From contig JBGAJM010000003.1 in NCBI GenBank assembly GCA_044224925.1, positions 259,855 to 323,854 on the forward strand: a stretch of 64,000 bases of DNA, written 5' to 3'. The translations under genes and the position numbers were made by a program. The notes beneath the pieces were generated by a model that saw nothing but the letters and a program-made list of their open reading frames with translations, made no database searches and had not been told where the DNA came from. Shown in pieces: positions 11,585 to 21,440 of the stretch (position 1 is the first letter of the stretch; the number at the start of each line of letters is the position of its first letter). This DNA comes from Candidatus Kapaibacterium sp. (lineage in GTDB: Bacteria > Bacteroidota > Ignavibacteria > Kapaibacteriales > Kapaibacteriaceae).

Positions 11585-12926
11585 CGTTATCACCACCATT
11601 CGCAACATCTTCAAGATCGAAGAACTGCGCAACCGCCTCCTCTTCACGTTGCTCGTGTTGTTGGCGGTTCGCATCGGTTCATTCATCACGATCCCGGGTG
11701 TGAACGTCGACGCTCTGAAGGCCGCAACGGCCATGGGCGACACGAACAACATCTTTGGTCTGTACGACATGTTCGTTGGCGGTGCTTTTTCGAACGCCGC
11801 CATTTTTGCGCTTGGCATCATGCCGTATATCTCGGCCTCCATCATCCTGCAGATCGCAGGCGTGGTGTTGCCGGAATTGCAGAAGCTGCAGCGTGAAGGT
11901 GAAGACGGACGACGCAAGATCAATCAGTATACACGCGTGTTGACGGTCTTCATCGCCATGCTTCAAGCATGGGGTGTGACGGTCAAGGTCGCGCAAACGA
12001 CGATGGGCTCCGGTGGAATGTCGGTGGTTCCCCATGCCGACTTCCTGTGGACGATCTCGAGCGTTCTGATCCTGACGGCCGGCACCATCATGCTGATGTG
12101 GCTTGGCGAGCAGATCACGGACCGCGGTATCGGAAACGGTATCTCGCTGATCATCTTCATCGGTATCATTGCCCGATTCCCAACAGCCATTTTGCAAGAG
12201 TACAAGCTCATCGATGCCGGTTCACGCAACCTGGTGGTCGACCTTGTGCTGTTCATTCTCTTGATGGGCATCATTGCAGCCGTGATCCTGGTCACCCAGG
12301 GGGCACGACGCATTCCGGTGCAGTATGCGAAGCGCGTTGTGGGCCGCAAGGTCTACGGCGGTACCACGCAGTACATTCCGCTTCGCGTCAACACGGCCGG
12401 TGTGATGCCGATCATCTTCGCACAGTCGATCCTCTTCGTCCCTGCCACCATTGCCTCCTTCTTCCCGGAAAGTATGTTCTGGCAGAATGTGGCGCGGTTG
12501 TTCAGCGATCGCGAAGTGTTCTATGCAGTGGTGTACGGCGTGATGATCCTCTTCTTCACGTACTTCTACACCGCCATCGCCTTCAATCCGAAGGAAGTGG
12601 CCGACAACATGAAAAAGAACGGTGGCTTCATTCCGGGCGTACGTCCGGGGTCGCCAACATCGGAATACATCGAGAACATCCTGACGCGTATCACGCTGCC
12701 GGGCGCCATTTTCCTTGCACTCATCGCGATCCTTCCAACGTTCGCCATGCAGGTGTTGAATGTGCCCCCAACGTTCGCGTCGTTCTTCGGTGGAACAAGC
12801 TTGCTCATCATTGTGGGTGTCGCTCTTGACACGCTGCAACAGATCGAATCGCACCTCTTGATGCGCCATTACGATGGCTTCATGAAGAGCGGCAAGATCC
12901 GCGGCCGTGCCAATGCGATGTCATGA
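11577..12926 (+). CDS. secY: preprotein translocase subunit SecY
   Basis: 449 aa polytopic membrane protein; LFTLLVLLAVRIGSFITIPGV start; position after rplO. Confidence 0.95.
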   Translation: MANVITTIRNIFKIEELRNRLLFTLLVLLAVRIGSFITIPGVNVDALKAATAMGDTNNIFGLYDMFVGGAFSNAAIFALGIMPYISASIILQIAGVVLPELQKLQREGEDGRRKINQYTRVLTVFIAMLQAWGVTVKVAQTTMGSGGMSVVPHADFLWTISSVLILTAGTIMLMWLGEQITDRGIGNGISLIIFIGIIARFPTAILQEYKLIDAGSRNLVVDLVLFILLMGIIAAVILVTQGARRIPVQYAKRVVGRKVYGGTTQYIPLRVNTAGVMPIIFAQSILFVPATIASFFPESMFWQNVARLFSDREVFYAVVYGVMILFFTYFYTAIAFNPKEVADNMKKNGGFIPGVRPGSPTSEYIENILTRITLPGAIFLALIAILPTFAMQVLNVPPTFASFFGGTSLLIIVGVALDTLQQIESHLLMRHYDGFMKSGKIRGRANAMS

Positions 12927-13693
12927 TCGTGACGGACGACGTACGTAAACTCGAAGCTGCGTGTCGAATTGTCGCCGACACGTTCTCACACCTCCGGCAG
13001 TTCATCAAGCCGGGTGTGACAACGATCGAGCTGGACGCGATCGCAGAGGACTTCATTCGGAGCCACGGTGCCGAACCGGCATTCAAAGGCTACGATGTCG
13101 ACGGAAAGATCTTCCCGTACACGCTGTGCATCAGCATCGACGAAGAGGTGGTGCACGGAATGCCGGGAACACGGAAGCTCAAGGAAGGCCAGATCATCTC
13201 GGTCGACTGTGGAGCTCAGAAAGACGGATGGTTCGGAGACAGTGCCTACACCTATCCGGTGGGAGAGATCTCAACGGATAAGCAACGGCTTCTCACGGTA
13301 ACGCAAGAAGCATTGGCACTCGGTATCGAACAGGCAGTGGATGGCAACAAGGTCTATGAGATCGGAAGGGCCATTCAAGCGCACGTTGAAAAGAATGGAT
13401 TCTCGGTGGTACGGGAACTTGTGGGACACGGCATCGGCCAACATCTTCACGAGGAACCCCCGGTGCCAAACTTCGTTCCGGGTCTCTTGCATCGGTCTCA
13501 GTATCCGAATGTCAAGCTTACAACAGGCATGGCACTTGCGATCGAACCGATGGTGAACATGGGCTCGTTCCATGTTCACACGGCAAGCGACGAGTGGACG
13601 GTGTATGCGGCAGATGGGAAGCCAAGCGCTCACTTCGAGCATACGGTTCTCGTCGACGGGAAGACACCACGGATCCTGACATTGATGAACTAA
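12923..13693 (+). CDS. map: type I methionine aminopeptidase
   Basis: 256 aa; metal-binding residues in the expected pita-bread fold positions; overlaps secY stop. Confidence 0.92.
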   Translation: MIVTDDVRKLEAACRIVADTFSHLRQFIKPGVTTIELDAIAEDFIRSHGAEPAFKGYDVDGKIFPYTLCISIDEEVVHGMPGTRKLKEGQIISVDCGAQKDGWFGDSAYTYPVGEISTDKQRLLTVTQEALALGIEQAVDGNKVYEIGRAIQAHVEKNGFSVVRELVGHGIGQHLHEEPPVPNFVPGLLHRSQYPNVKLTTGMALAIEPMVNMGSFHVHTASDEWTVYAADGKPSAHFEHTVLVDGKTPRILTLMN

Positions 13694-13706
13694 CCGAGGT
13701 GAGCGA

Positions 13707-13925
13707 ATGGCGAGAACCGACCTCATCCGCGTGGATGGCGTCATCGAGGACACGTTGCCGAATACCCAGTTCATCGTACGACTGGAGAATGGCCACAAGA
13801 TCCTTGCACACGTTTCGGGCAAAATGCGAATGAACTTCATCCGCATCTTCCTTGGAGACAAGGTGACGGTCGAAATGTCGCCGTACGATCTGTCAAAGGG
13901 TCGTATCGTGTATCGGTACAAGTAA
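13707..13925 (+). CDS. infA: translation initiation factor IF-1
   Basis: 72 aa, S1-like OB fold, [31 protein letters not shown]. Confidence 0.95.
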   Translation: MARTDLIRVDGVIEDTLPNTQFIVRLENGHKILAHVSGKMRMNFIRIFLGDKVTVEMSPYDLSKGRIVYRYK

Positions 13926-13961
13926 CGAAGCAACAAGAACAACAGGTTAACGGAGCACACC

Positions 13962-14078
13962 ATGAAGGTGCAAGCATCGGTCAAGAAACGGAACCCAGAC
14001 GACAAGATCGTACGTCGTAAGGGGAAGGTTTACATCATCAACAAGAAGAATCCCCGTTTCAAGCAACGTCAGGGATAA
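13962..14078 (+). CDS. rpmJ: 50S ribosomal protein L36
   Basis: absent from ORF track (<60 aa); ATG 13962, 38 codons [41 protein letters not shown] 14076-14078; between infA and rpsM. Confidence 0.88.
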   Translation: MKVQASVKKRNPDDKIVRRKGKVYIINKKNPRFKQRQG

Positions 14079-14093
14079 TCAGGGAGACTCACT

Positions 14094-14471
14094 GTGGCTC
14101 GTATCGCAGGAATCGATCTGCCGAAGAACAAGCGCGGTATCATTGCGCTCCAGTACATTTTCGGCATCGGTGAAAATCTGTCGGCTAAGGTACTTGACAA
14201 GGCAGGCCTTGATCACTCCAAGCGCGTCAATGCGTGGACGGATGAAGAGGTCGCCCGTATTCGTCAGGTGATCGCCGAGATCAAGACGGAAGGTCAGTTG
14301 CGCTCGGAAGTGCAATTGAACATTAAGCGCCTTATGGACATCGGTTGCTATCGTGGGCTGCGTCATCGCCGCGGACTTCCCGTTCGTGGACAGCGCACTC
14401 GCACCAATTCGCGTACTCGTAAGGGTAAGCGGAAGACAGTGGCCGGTAAGAAGAAGGCCGTGAAGAAGTAA
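14094..14471 (+). CDS. rpsM: 30S ribosomal protein S13
   Basis: 125 aa, [26 protein letters not shown]. Confidence 0.95.
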   Translation: MARIAGIDLPKNKRGIIALQYIFGIGENLSAKVLDKAGLDHSKRVNAWTDEEVARIRQVIAEIKTEGQLRSEVQLNIKRLMDIGCYRGLRHRRGLPVRGQRTRTNSRTRKGKRKTVAGKKKAVKK

Positions 14472-14498
14472 CGCCAATAAACTCGAGAGTCAAGAACA

Positions 14499-14885
14499 AT
14501 GGCAGCAGCGAAAAAACGCGTCAAGCGGAAGATCGTAGCGGATGTCCACGGAAAAGTGTTCGTTCGTGCAAGCTTCAACAACGTGATCGTCACGATCACA
14601 GACACGTACGGGAACACCCTTGCATGGTCATCGGCCGGCAAGAACGGATTCCGTGGTTCCAAGAAGAATACGCCCTATGCGTCACAGGTGTCGGCCGACA
14701 AGGCCTCCCGCGAAGCATTCGAAATGGGTCTGCGCAAGGTGGACGTGGTCGTGATGGGGCCTGGCTCCGGTCGCGAAGCCGCCATCCGCGCCGTCACCCA
14801 GGCTGGCTTGGAAGTGCTGTCCATTACGGACAACACGAAGTTGCCACACAATGGCTGCCGTCCACCGAAGCGCCGTCGCGTCTAA
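14499..14885 (+). CDS. rpsK: 30S ribosomal protein S11
   Basis: 128 aa, [27 protein letters not shown]. Confidence 0.95.
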   Translation: MAAAKKRVKRKIVADVHGKVFVRASFNNVIVTITDTYGNTLAWSSAGKNGFRGSKKNTPYASQVSADKASREAFEMGLRKVDVVVMGPGSGREAAIRAVTQAGLEVLSITDNTKLPHNGCRPPKRRRV

Positions 14886-14928
14886 GGTATTCGTCCGAAC
14901 GATCTAACAGACTACAAAAGAGAGACAT

Positions 14929-15939
14929 ATGAACATCACCATGCAGATGCCGGAGAAGATCCAGATCGATGAGGTCTCTGGTCCGTACCATGCCCGTTTC
15001 GTGCTTGCACCGCTCGAAGAAGGCTACGGCGTGACCATCGGTAATGCGTTTCGACGCGTTCTCCTGTCGTCGATCCAGGGTGCCGCCATCGTCGGGCTCA
15101 AGATCAGCGATGTCCAGCATGAGTTCCAAACCATCCCCGGCGTTGTCGAGGACGTGTGCGAGATCATCTTGAACCTCAAAGAGGTTCGCCTTCGCTTGGT
15201 CGACAAGAAAGCACTCAATCGCATCACCCTCAGCAAGAAGGGTTCTGGCGTGTGGACGGCGAAGGACATCGAAGATGCCAACCCTGGTATCGAAGTGCTC
15301 GACCCCGATCACAAGATCGCTACCCTTGGTGAAGACTGCGACTTCGACGTTGAACTTCGTATCGGTAAGGGCAAGGGCTACGTTTCATCGGAAGATCAGA
15401 ACACAACGGACTTCCCAGTGGGCATGATCCCGATCGATTCGATTTTCACCCCGATCAAGAACGTTGTCTATACCGTTGAGCCATTCCGCGTTGGTCAAAA
15501 GACCGACTATGAGCGCCTCATCCTTGATGTGAAGACCGATGGCTCGATCACCGCGAACGAAGCCATGCAACATGCCGGCGAGATCCTGAGCGCACACGTT
15601 GCCCTCTTCCTTGGTGTGAAGAAGGCAGTGGAAGGCAGCAAGGAACAAGGCGGCGGAGAAGATGAAGCCAAAGAAGTAGAGCGTTCACGCGTACGTCGTA
15701 TCCTCCTGCAACCAGTGGACGAACTCGAACTCTCCGTTCGCGCTCACAACTGCTTGAAGGCCGCAAGCATCAAGACGCTTGCCGACCTCGTGAGCCTGCA
15801 AGAATCAGACTTGTTGAAGTTCCGCAACTTCGGCCGCAAGTCGCTTGCTGAACTGTCGGACGTTGTCTATCAGAACAACCTGCAGTTCGGTATGGACGTA
15901 GAGCCGTACCTGCGCGACGAGCCGAAAGAATCGGCGTAA
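14929..15939 (+). CDS. rpoA: DNA-directed RNA polymerase subunit alpha
   Basis: 336 aa, N-terminal dimerisation domain plus C-terminal HhH domain (NCLKAASIKTLADL). Confidence 0.95.
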   Translation: MNITMQMPEKIQIDEVSGPYHARFVLAPLEEGYGVTIGNAFRRVLLSSIQGAAIVGLKISDVQHEFQTIPGVVEDVCEIILNLKEVRLRLVDKKALNRITLSKKGSGVWTAKDIEDANPGIEVLDPDHKIATLGEDCDFDVELRIGKGKGYVSSEDQNTTDFPVGMIPIDSIFTPIKNVVYTVEPFRVGQKTDYERLILDVKTDGSITANEAMQHAGEILSAHVALFLGVKKAVEGSKEQGGGEDEAKEVERSRVRRILLQPVDELELSVRAHNCLKAASIKTLADLVSLQESDLLKFRNFGRKSLAELSDVVYQNNLQFGMDVEPYLRDEPKESA

Positions 15940-15976
15940 GATTTCGAGACGACATTCAATCTGAAGAGAAACGATC

Positions 15977-16642
15977 ATGAGACACAACGTAGCCGGACGG
16001 AAACTCAAGCGTACAGCAAGTCACAAGCGTGCCATGATGTGCAACCTTGTTACGTCCCTGTTCGAACACAAGCGCCTGGTGACAACGGAAGCGAAGGCCA
16101 AGGAATTGCGCCCATTCGCCGAGCACTTGATCACACGCGCTAAGAACGCCTTCAACGGCGAGAAGGCCGGCACCATCAAGGGTGTCGACGTCCACGCTCG
16201 TCGCATGGTCGGCCGGTTCGTACAGAACAAGGCCGTCTTGCAGGAACTGTTCGACACGATCGCGCCGCTTGTTGCCGATCGTCCGGGTGGATACACCCGT
16301 ATCACGAAGCTTGGTGTTCGCCGCGGCGATAACGCACCGGAAGCCGTGATCGAACTCGTCGACTGGTCTGCACCACAAGACGGACGTGTTTCTTCGAAGA
16401 CGAAGAAGGCAGCCGCTCCTGCAGCCAAGAAGGCAGCTCCGAAGAAGGCAGCACCAGCCGCAGCACCGGTGGCACCAGCACCCGAAGCCGCACCAGTGGC
16501 CGCTCCCGAGCCGGTTGCCGCAGCAGAGGACGAGGTCGCGATGACCGGCGAGACCGTTTCGCTCGAAGAGCAAGAAACGCCAAGCGCAGAGTCGATCGAT
16601 GCTGTGGACGAAGCAGCCGACGAGCCAACGCCAGAGGTCTGA
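15977..16642 (+). CDS. rplQ: 50S ribosomal protein L17 with ~95-aa low-complexity Ala/Pro/Lys/Glu-rich C-terminal extension
   Basis: N-terminal ~125 aa is canonical L17 (MRHNVAGRKLKRTASHKRAM); tail AAAPAAKKAAPKKAAPAAAPVAPAPEAAPVAAPEPVAAAEDEV... Confidence 0.9.
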   Translation: MRHNVAGRKLKRTASHKRAMMCNLVTSLFEHKRLVTTEAKAKELRPFAEHLITRAKNAFNGEKAGTIKGVDVHARRMVGRFVQNKAVLQELFDTIAPLVADRPGGYTRITKLGVRRGDNAPEAVIELVDWSAPQDGRVSSKTKKAAAPAAKKAAPKKAAPAAAPVAPAPEAAPVAAPEPVAAAEDEVAMTGETVSLEEQETPSAESIDAVDEAADEPTPEV

Positions 16643-16670
16643 TCCGACACACGAAGCATGTACATAGAAC

Positions 16671-16704
16671 GCCGGGAGTTGCTCCCGGCGTTTTCCTTTT
16701 TTAG
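16671..16704 (+). terminator. rho-independent terminator ending the ribosomal operon
   Basis: GCCGGGAG-TTG-CTCCCGGC hairpin followed by GTTTTCCTTTTTT. Confidence 0.7.
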
Positions 16705-16720
16705 ACCTCGCTCCAACGCT

Positions 16721-17611
16721 ATGAAGGTCACACAGAACAAGGTCGCCATCGAACGCACCGCGTCCGGCAGCAAACCGGCACTAAGCCTCCTTGTGTCTGT
16801 CTATAACAATACGCGATTCTTCGATCTGGTGTGGGCGAGCATCGAAGCTCAAACGTTTCGCGATGTGGAAGTGGTCATCTGCGACGATGGCTCCACCGAG
16901 ACCTCCGTCCGCCACATGCTCGATCGCATCGAACACTCGTCCCTCGCTTGTTCCCATTGCTGGCACGACGATCAGGGCTTCCGCAAGAATCGCATCCTGA
17001 ATGCCGGCGTGCTCACAGCATCGGCCGACTATCTTGTGTTCATCGATGGCGACTGTATCCTGCATCCTCGCTTCCTTGCCGAACATGCCGCCTGCAAGCG
17101 CGATCATGCGGTGTTGGCGGGACGAAGACTGGAACTCTCCGAACAGATCTCGAATGAACTGACGTCGGAACTGGTGACCAACGGATACCTGCAGAAGAAT
17201 CTACTGCGCATCATGTATGCCATCCGTCATCAGCCCGGAAACAACGGATCCAAAGGCATCTACATTCCCAGCTCGACGGTGCGCGCACTGCGCGGCTCGA
17301 AGAAGGGCAGCATTCTCGGTTGCAACTTCTCGCTGCATCGGTCCGATCTGCTGAGCGTGAACGGATTCGATACGCGATATGAAGGACCGGGCTACGGCGA
17401 AGACTCCGACCTCGAACTACGTCTGCGCGCTAACGGCGTGGAGATCGTACCGTTCTCGAATGCCGCCGTCCAGTATCATCTCTGGCATCGTGTGCAGGAA
17501 CGCTCCTCACCGAATGCCGCACTCTATGCCCAGGCCGTCGCATCTGCACTGGCGCGCACGCCACACGGCATTGCCGAACAACAACGAGAAGAAGAGGCAG
17601 CACATGGCTGA
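16721..17611 (+). CDS. family 2 glycosyltransferase
   Basis: SLLVSVYNNTRFFD...VVICDDGSTE, DGD motif (FIDGDCILHP); ATG 16721 chosen inside ORF 16658..17611. Confidence 0.8.
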   Translation: MKVTQNKVAIERTASGSKPALSLLVSVYNNTRFFDLVWASIEAQTFRDVEVVICDDGSTETSVRHMLDRIEHSSLACSHCWHDDQGFRKNRILNAGVLTASADYLVFIDGDCILHPRFLAEHAACKRDHAVLAGRRLELSEQISNELTSELVTNGYLQKNLLRIMYAIRHQPGNNGSKGIYIPSSTVRALRGSKKGSILGCNFSLHRSDLLSVNGFDTRYEGPGYGEDSDLELRLRANGVEIVPFSNAAVQYHLWHRVQERSSPNAALYAQAVASALARTPHGIAEQQREEEAAHG

Positions 17612-18218
17612 AGTACACCTACAGGCAACGTTCATCAAGGGCGCATCGAAACCGGAACACTTCCCGGATTCGAAGATGCCGGAGATCGCCATGATCGGCA
17701 GATCGAACGTTGGGAAGTCGTCGCTCATCAACGCCATCCTGCGCAACAACGCCATGGCCAAGGTGAGCAATACGCCCGGAAAGACACGCGAGATCAACTT
17801 CTTCGCTACGGACATCGGCATCGTCCTTGTCGACCTTCCGGGCTATGGCTATGCATCGGTAAGCAAGGCGCAACGACAGCAATTCGCAGCATTGAACAAG
17901 GCCTATCTCTTCGAACGTCGTCAGTGCAAATTGGTCTGTGTATTGCTTGACGGTCGTATCGATCCGCAGGCGCACGATCTCTCGCTCATCGAAGAGCTGG
18001 AGCTGGCGCAACGTCGGTTCTTGTGCGTGATCACCAAGACCGATAAGCTGTCGAAGACCGAGGCGGCCGAACGCCTTGAGCAGATCCGCGATCTTGTGAA
18101 GGACTGCGCCTATGCGTTCGATGTTGTGTCCACGTCCGCCAAAGAAGGCGAAGGACGGACGCAACTCATCGGCATCATGAAAAAGGTTCGCGATCTACAG
18201 GAGACACCATCGCTATGA
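17604..18218 (+). CDS. engB: ribosome biogenesis GTP-binding protein YihA/YsxC
   Basis: P-loop [32 protein letters not shown] 17604 inside ORF 17379..18218, overlaps the GT gene by 8 nt. Confidence 0.88.
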   Translation: MAEVHLQATFIKGASKPEHFPDSKMPEIAMIGRSNVGKSSLINAILRNNAMAKVSNTPGKTREINFFATDIGIVLVDLPGYGYASVSKAQRQQFAALNKAYLFERRQCKLVCVLLDGRIDPQAHDLSLIEELELAQRRFLCVITKTDKLSKTEAAERLEQIRDLVKDCAYAFDVVSTSAKEGEGRTQLIGIMKKVRDLQETPSL

Positions 18219-18700
18219 ACACAGCACCACTTGTCGGCATCATCATGGGAAGCGATTCTGACCTTCCCACCATGCGCGATGCCGCTGCCATTTGCGAAGA
18301 GTTCAATGTGCCATACGAGATCAAGGTGGTGAGCGCGCATCGCACCCCGGCCGACATGGCGGACTATGGCACCACGGCGCATACGCGTGGCATCAAGATC
18401 ATCATTGCCGGTGCCGGCGGTTCAGCGCACTTGCCGGGAATGATCGCTGCCTTCTCGCCCTTGCCGGTGATCGGCGTGCCCATTGCAACGAAGAACCTTC
18501 GCGGACTCGACTCGCTGATGAGCATCGTGCAAATGCCGGCCGGTGTGCCCGTGGCCACCGTGGCCATTGGTGGCGGACGGAATGCCGGCATCCTTGCCGT
18601 CGAGATCCTGTCCGTGGCCGATGCCTCACTGCAAGAACGACTCATCGCCTATAAAACACGCTTAGCAGAGGACTCTCGCGAAAAGAACGCGCACTTGTAG
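18215..18700 (+). CDS. purE: N5-carboxyaminoimidazole ribonucleotide mutase
   Basis: 161 aa, [14 protein letters not shown]...[13 protein letters not shown]. Confidence 0.93.
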   Translation: MNTAPLVGIIMGSDSDLPTMRDAAAICEEFNVPYEIKVVSAHRTPADMADYGTTAHTRGIKIIIAGAGGSAHLPGMIAAFSPLPVIGVPIATKNLRGLDSLMSIVQMPAGVPVATVAIGGGRNAGILAVEILSVADASLQERLIAYKTRLAEDSREKNAHL

Positions 18701-18733
18701 CGTTCGTTGTTGTACCCACTATTGTTTGGAGCC

Positions 18734-19273
18734 ATGGAGATAACGGTCTGCGTTGCAGACGAACGCCACATTGTATTTGCAGAGGCGATCGTCGACGCAA
18801 TCTTTCACGCCGCCCAGAAACGCGGCACGGGTATCGCTCGTCGGACCCCGGAATACGTCGCGCAAAAGATCCGTGAGGGGAAGGCCATCGTGGCCATCAC
18901 GGACGATGAACGCTTTGCCGGCTTTTGTTATATCGAGACCTGGGAACACGGCAGATATGTTGCCAACTCCGGTCTGATCGTTGTCGAAGAGTTCCGACAT
19001 CAACACTTGGCCCGACGTATCAAACGCGCCGCCTTTGAACTCTCTCGCTCGAAATACCCAGATGCCAAGATCTTCGGCATCACCACAAGTGCTGCCGTGA
19101 TGAAGCTCAACAGCGAGCTTGGCTATCTGCCCGTCCACTTCTCCGAACTCACAACCGATGATGTGTTCTGGAACGGTTGCAAAAGCTGTCCGAACTACGA
19201 CATCCTTCAACGCACGGAACGCAAGATGTGCTTGTGCACAGGCATGCTGTTCGATCCGGAGTCAAAGAAATGA
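18734..19273 (+). CDS. GNAT-family N-acetyltransferase heading the arg operon (putative N-acyl-glutamate synthase)
   Basis: GNAT-like fold; position directly upstream of argG overlapping by ATGA; start could instead be 18707. Confidence 0.6.
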   Translation: MEITVCVADERHIVFAEAIVDAIFHAAQKRGTGIARRTPEYVAQKIREGKAIVAITDDERFAGFCYIETWEHGRYVANSGLIVVEEFRHQHLARRIKRAAFELSRSKYPDAKIFGITTSAAVMKLNSELGYLPVHFSELTTDDVFWNGCKSCPNYDILQRTERKMCLCTGMLFDPESKK

Positions 19274-20463
19274 ACACGGTCCTCTTGGCATTTTCGGGCG
19301 GACTCGACACGAGCTACTGCGCACGCTATCTGAGCGTTGAGCGCGGACTCGTCGTCCACTCCGTCATCGTGAACACCGGCGGCTTCTCCGATGCCGAACT
19401 GCAACGCATCGACGAACGCGCCCATGCATGCGGCGTTGCTTCGCACGTTGCGCTCGATCGCACCGAGCAATTGTACACGTCCGTGCTTCGCTATCTCATC
19501 GCCGGCAACATTCTCAAGAACGCCACCTATCCGCTGTCGGTGAGCGCCGAGCGCGTCGTCCAGGCCATTGCCATCGCCGAACATGCACGCGCTCTTGGCG
19601 TCGACGCGATCGCGCATGGCAGCACCGGTGCCGGCAACGATCAGATACGCTTCGACGTGATCTTCCGCATTCTCTGTCCGGAGATCGAAGTGCTCACGCC
19701 TATCCGCGATCAACAACTGTCGCGCGAAGCCGAGATCGCCTACCTCACCGAACATGGTGTGGCAGGAGATTGGACGAAGTCCGCCTACTCCGTCAACCAA
19801 GGCATCTGGGGCACCACCATTGGTGGACGTGAGACACTCACCAGCAACATGCCATTGGCGAAGGAGGCATGGGGCGAGGCGGCAAAGCTCGGCACTGCAG
19901 AACGCGAGACCATTGCCATTACGTTCGAACAGGGAGAACCTGTTGCGCTCGATGGTGTGGTGATGTCACCCGTCGACGTGATCCGCGCCATCGAAGCACG
20001 CGCACGTCCGTACGGCATCGGTCGCGACATGCACGTGGGCGACACGATCATTGGCATCAAGGGGCGCGTAGCCTTCGAAGCCGCAGCAGCACTCGTTCTG
20101 ATCAAAGCACACCACGTGCTCGAGAAGCATACGCTCTCGAAGTGGCAGCTCAATCTCAAAGACCAACTGTCGTTGTGGTACGGACAGCTTCTGCACGAAG
20201 GACTCTTCCTCGAATCGGCCATGCGCAGTATCGAAGCGTTCTATCGCGATACGCAACAGCATGTGTCGGGCGTTGTGAACGTCGAGCTTGCCTCGGAACG
20301 CTTCACCGTGCTTGGCATCACGTCGCCGAACGATCTCATGCGCTCCGGCTTTGCATCGTATGGCGAAATGAATCGTGCATGGTCCGGCGCCGACGTGAAG
20401 GGCTTCGCCGCCATCGCCGCCATCCCGTCCATGCTTTCCAGATCCGTTCACGGAGAAGCGTAA
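19270..20463 (+). CDS. argG: argininosuccinate synthase
   Basis: AFSGGLDTS PP-loop motif; ATG 19270 inside ORF 19177..20463. Confidence 0.93.
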   Translation: MNTVLLAFSGGLDTSYCARYLSVERGLVVHSVIVNTGGFSDAELQRIDERAHACGVASHVALDRTEQLYTSVLRYLIAGNILKNATYPLSVSAERVVQAIAIAEHARALGVDAIAHGSTGAGNDQIRFDVIFRILCPEIEVLTPIRDQQLSREAEIAYLTEHGVAGDWTKSAYSVNQGIWGTTIGGRETLTSNMPLAKEAWGEAAKLGTAERETIAITFEQGEPVALDGVVMSPVDVIRAIEARARPYGIGRDMHVGDTIIGIKGRVAFEAAAALVLIKAHHVLEKHTLSKWQLNLKDQLSLWYGQLLHEGLFLESAMRSIEAFYRDTQQHVSGVVNVELASERFTVLGITSPNDLMRSGFASYGEMNRAWSGADVKGFAAIAAIPSMLSRSVHGEA

Positions 20464-21410
20464 TGCAAAGCATCGTTGTTGTTGGAGCGGCCGGCTACAC
20501 TGGTGGCGAACTCATTCGCATGCTCATCGCCCATCCGCGCGTCATCCAAGGCGCCTACCGTCTTGTCTGCATGAGCTCGTCGCACGAAGGACAACCCGTC
20601 ACCGCTGCACATCCCGATCTCTTGGGCATGTGCGATCTCGTCTTCACGAACACGTTGCCCGACGATCCTGCCGTGGTCTTTCTCTGTCTCGGTCATGGAA
20701 AGTCCGCGCCCTGGATCCAGTACCGCGCCTTGCCCGATGCATGTGTGGTGATCGATCTCAGTCACGATCATCGTCTCGACCCATCGTGGACGTACGGTCT
20801 GCCCGAACGCAACCGCGATGCCATCGCATCAAGCACACGCATTGCAAATCCCGGCTGCTTCGCCACGTGCATCGAACTTGCCTTGCTGCCCTTGTCCCTC
20901 CACGGCATGTTGCCTGCGTCGATCCACACCACGGCCATCACCGGCAGTACCGGTGCGGGTCAGGCGCCATCGGACACAACGCACTACTCGTGGCGCGCGC
21001 ACAATCTCAGCGTCTACAAGGCCTTCGATCACCAGCATCTTCCGGAGATCGAACGCACCATCGGACGTCGACCCATCCTCGTTCCCATGCGTGGACCCTT
21101 CACACGAGGCATCCTTGCAACATCAGTGCTCGAATGCACCACGTCGGAGGATGACCTCCGCGAGTTGTATCACGCAACGTATGCCACGCATCCGTTCACG
21201 CATGTGGCGCACGACCTGCCCGATGTGAAGCGCGTGGTGAACACGAACCACTGTCAGATCGGACTTCAACGGACCGACGATCAACTGCTCGTTGTGTCGG
21301 TGATCGATAATCTTGTGAAGGGCGCCAGCGGCCAAGCAATTCAGAACATGAACCTCGCCCTCCACTTCGAAGAAACCGAAGGTCTTCACCTCAAGGCACT
21401 CGCCTACTAA
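20463..21410 (+). CDS. argC: N-acetyl-gamma-glutamyl-phosphate reductase
   Basis: VGAAGYTGGELIRML NAD(P)-binding start; C-terminal part of fused ORF 19869..21410; ATG overlaps the argG TAA. Confidence 0.9.
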   Translation: MQSIVVVGAAGYTGGELIRMLIAHPRVIQGAYRLVCMSSSHEGQPVTAAHPDLLGMCDLVFTNTLPDDPAVVFLCLGHGKSAPWIQYRALPDACVVIDLSHDHRLDPSWTYGLPERNRDAIASSTRIANPGCFATCIELALLPLSLHGMLPASIHTTAITGSTGAGQAPSDTTHYSWRAHNLSVYKAFDHQHLPEIERTIGRRPILVPMRGPFTRGILATSVLECTTSEDDLRELYHATYATHPFTHVAHDLPDVKRVVNTNHCQIGLQRTDDQLLVVSVIDNLVKGASGQAIQNMNLALHFEETEGLHLKALAY

Positions 21411-21440
21411 CTCGTCACTTGTCACTTGTCACTTGTCACT
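21411..21440 (+). repeat. tandem heptanucleotide repeat (TTGTCAC)x4 filling the argC-argD intergenic space
   Basis: ctcgTCACTTGTCACTTGTCACTTGTCACT ending exactly at the argD ATG (21441). Confidence 0.95.

Noticed and set aside
18660-18705. Possible terminator hairpin GAACGC-N9-GCGTTC after purE
   Set aside because: Weak stem, overlaps the stop codon and lacks a convincing T-tract.
19869-21410. 513-aa ORF spanning the argG 3' half in another frame plus argC; similar fused ORFs 22028..23524 and 25015..26649
   Set aside because: Only the C-terminal parts correspond to real genes (argC, argF', argH). The upstream extensions are out-of-frame read-through of neighbouring genes.
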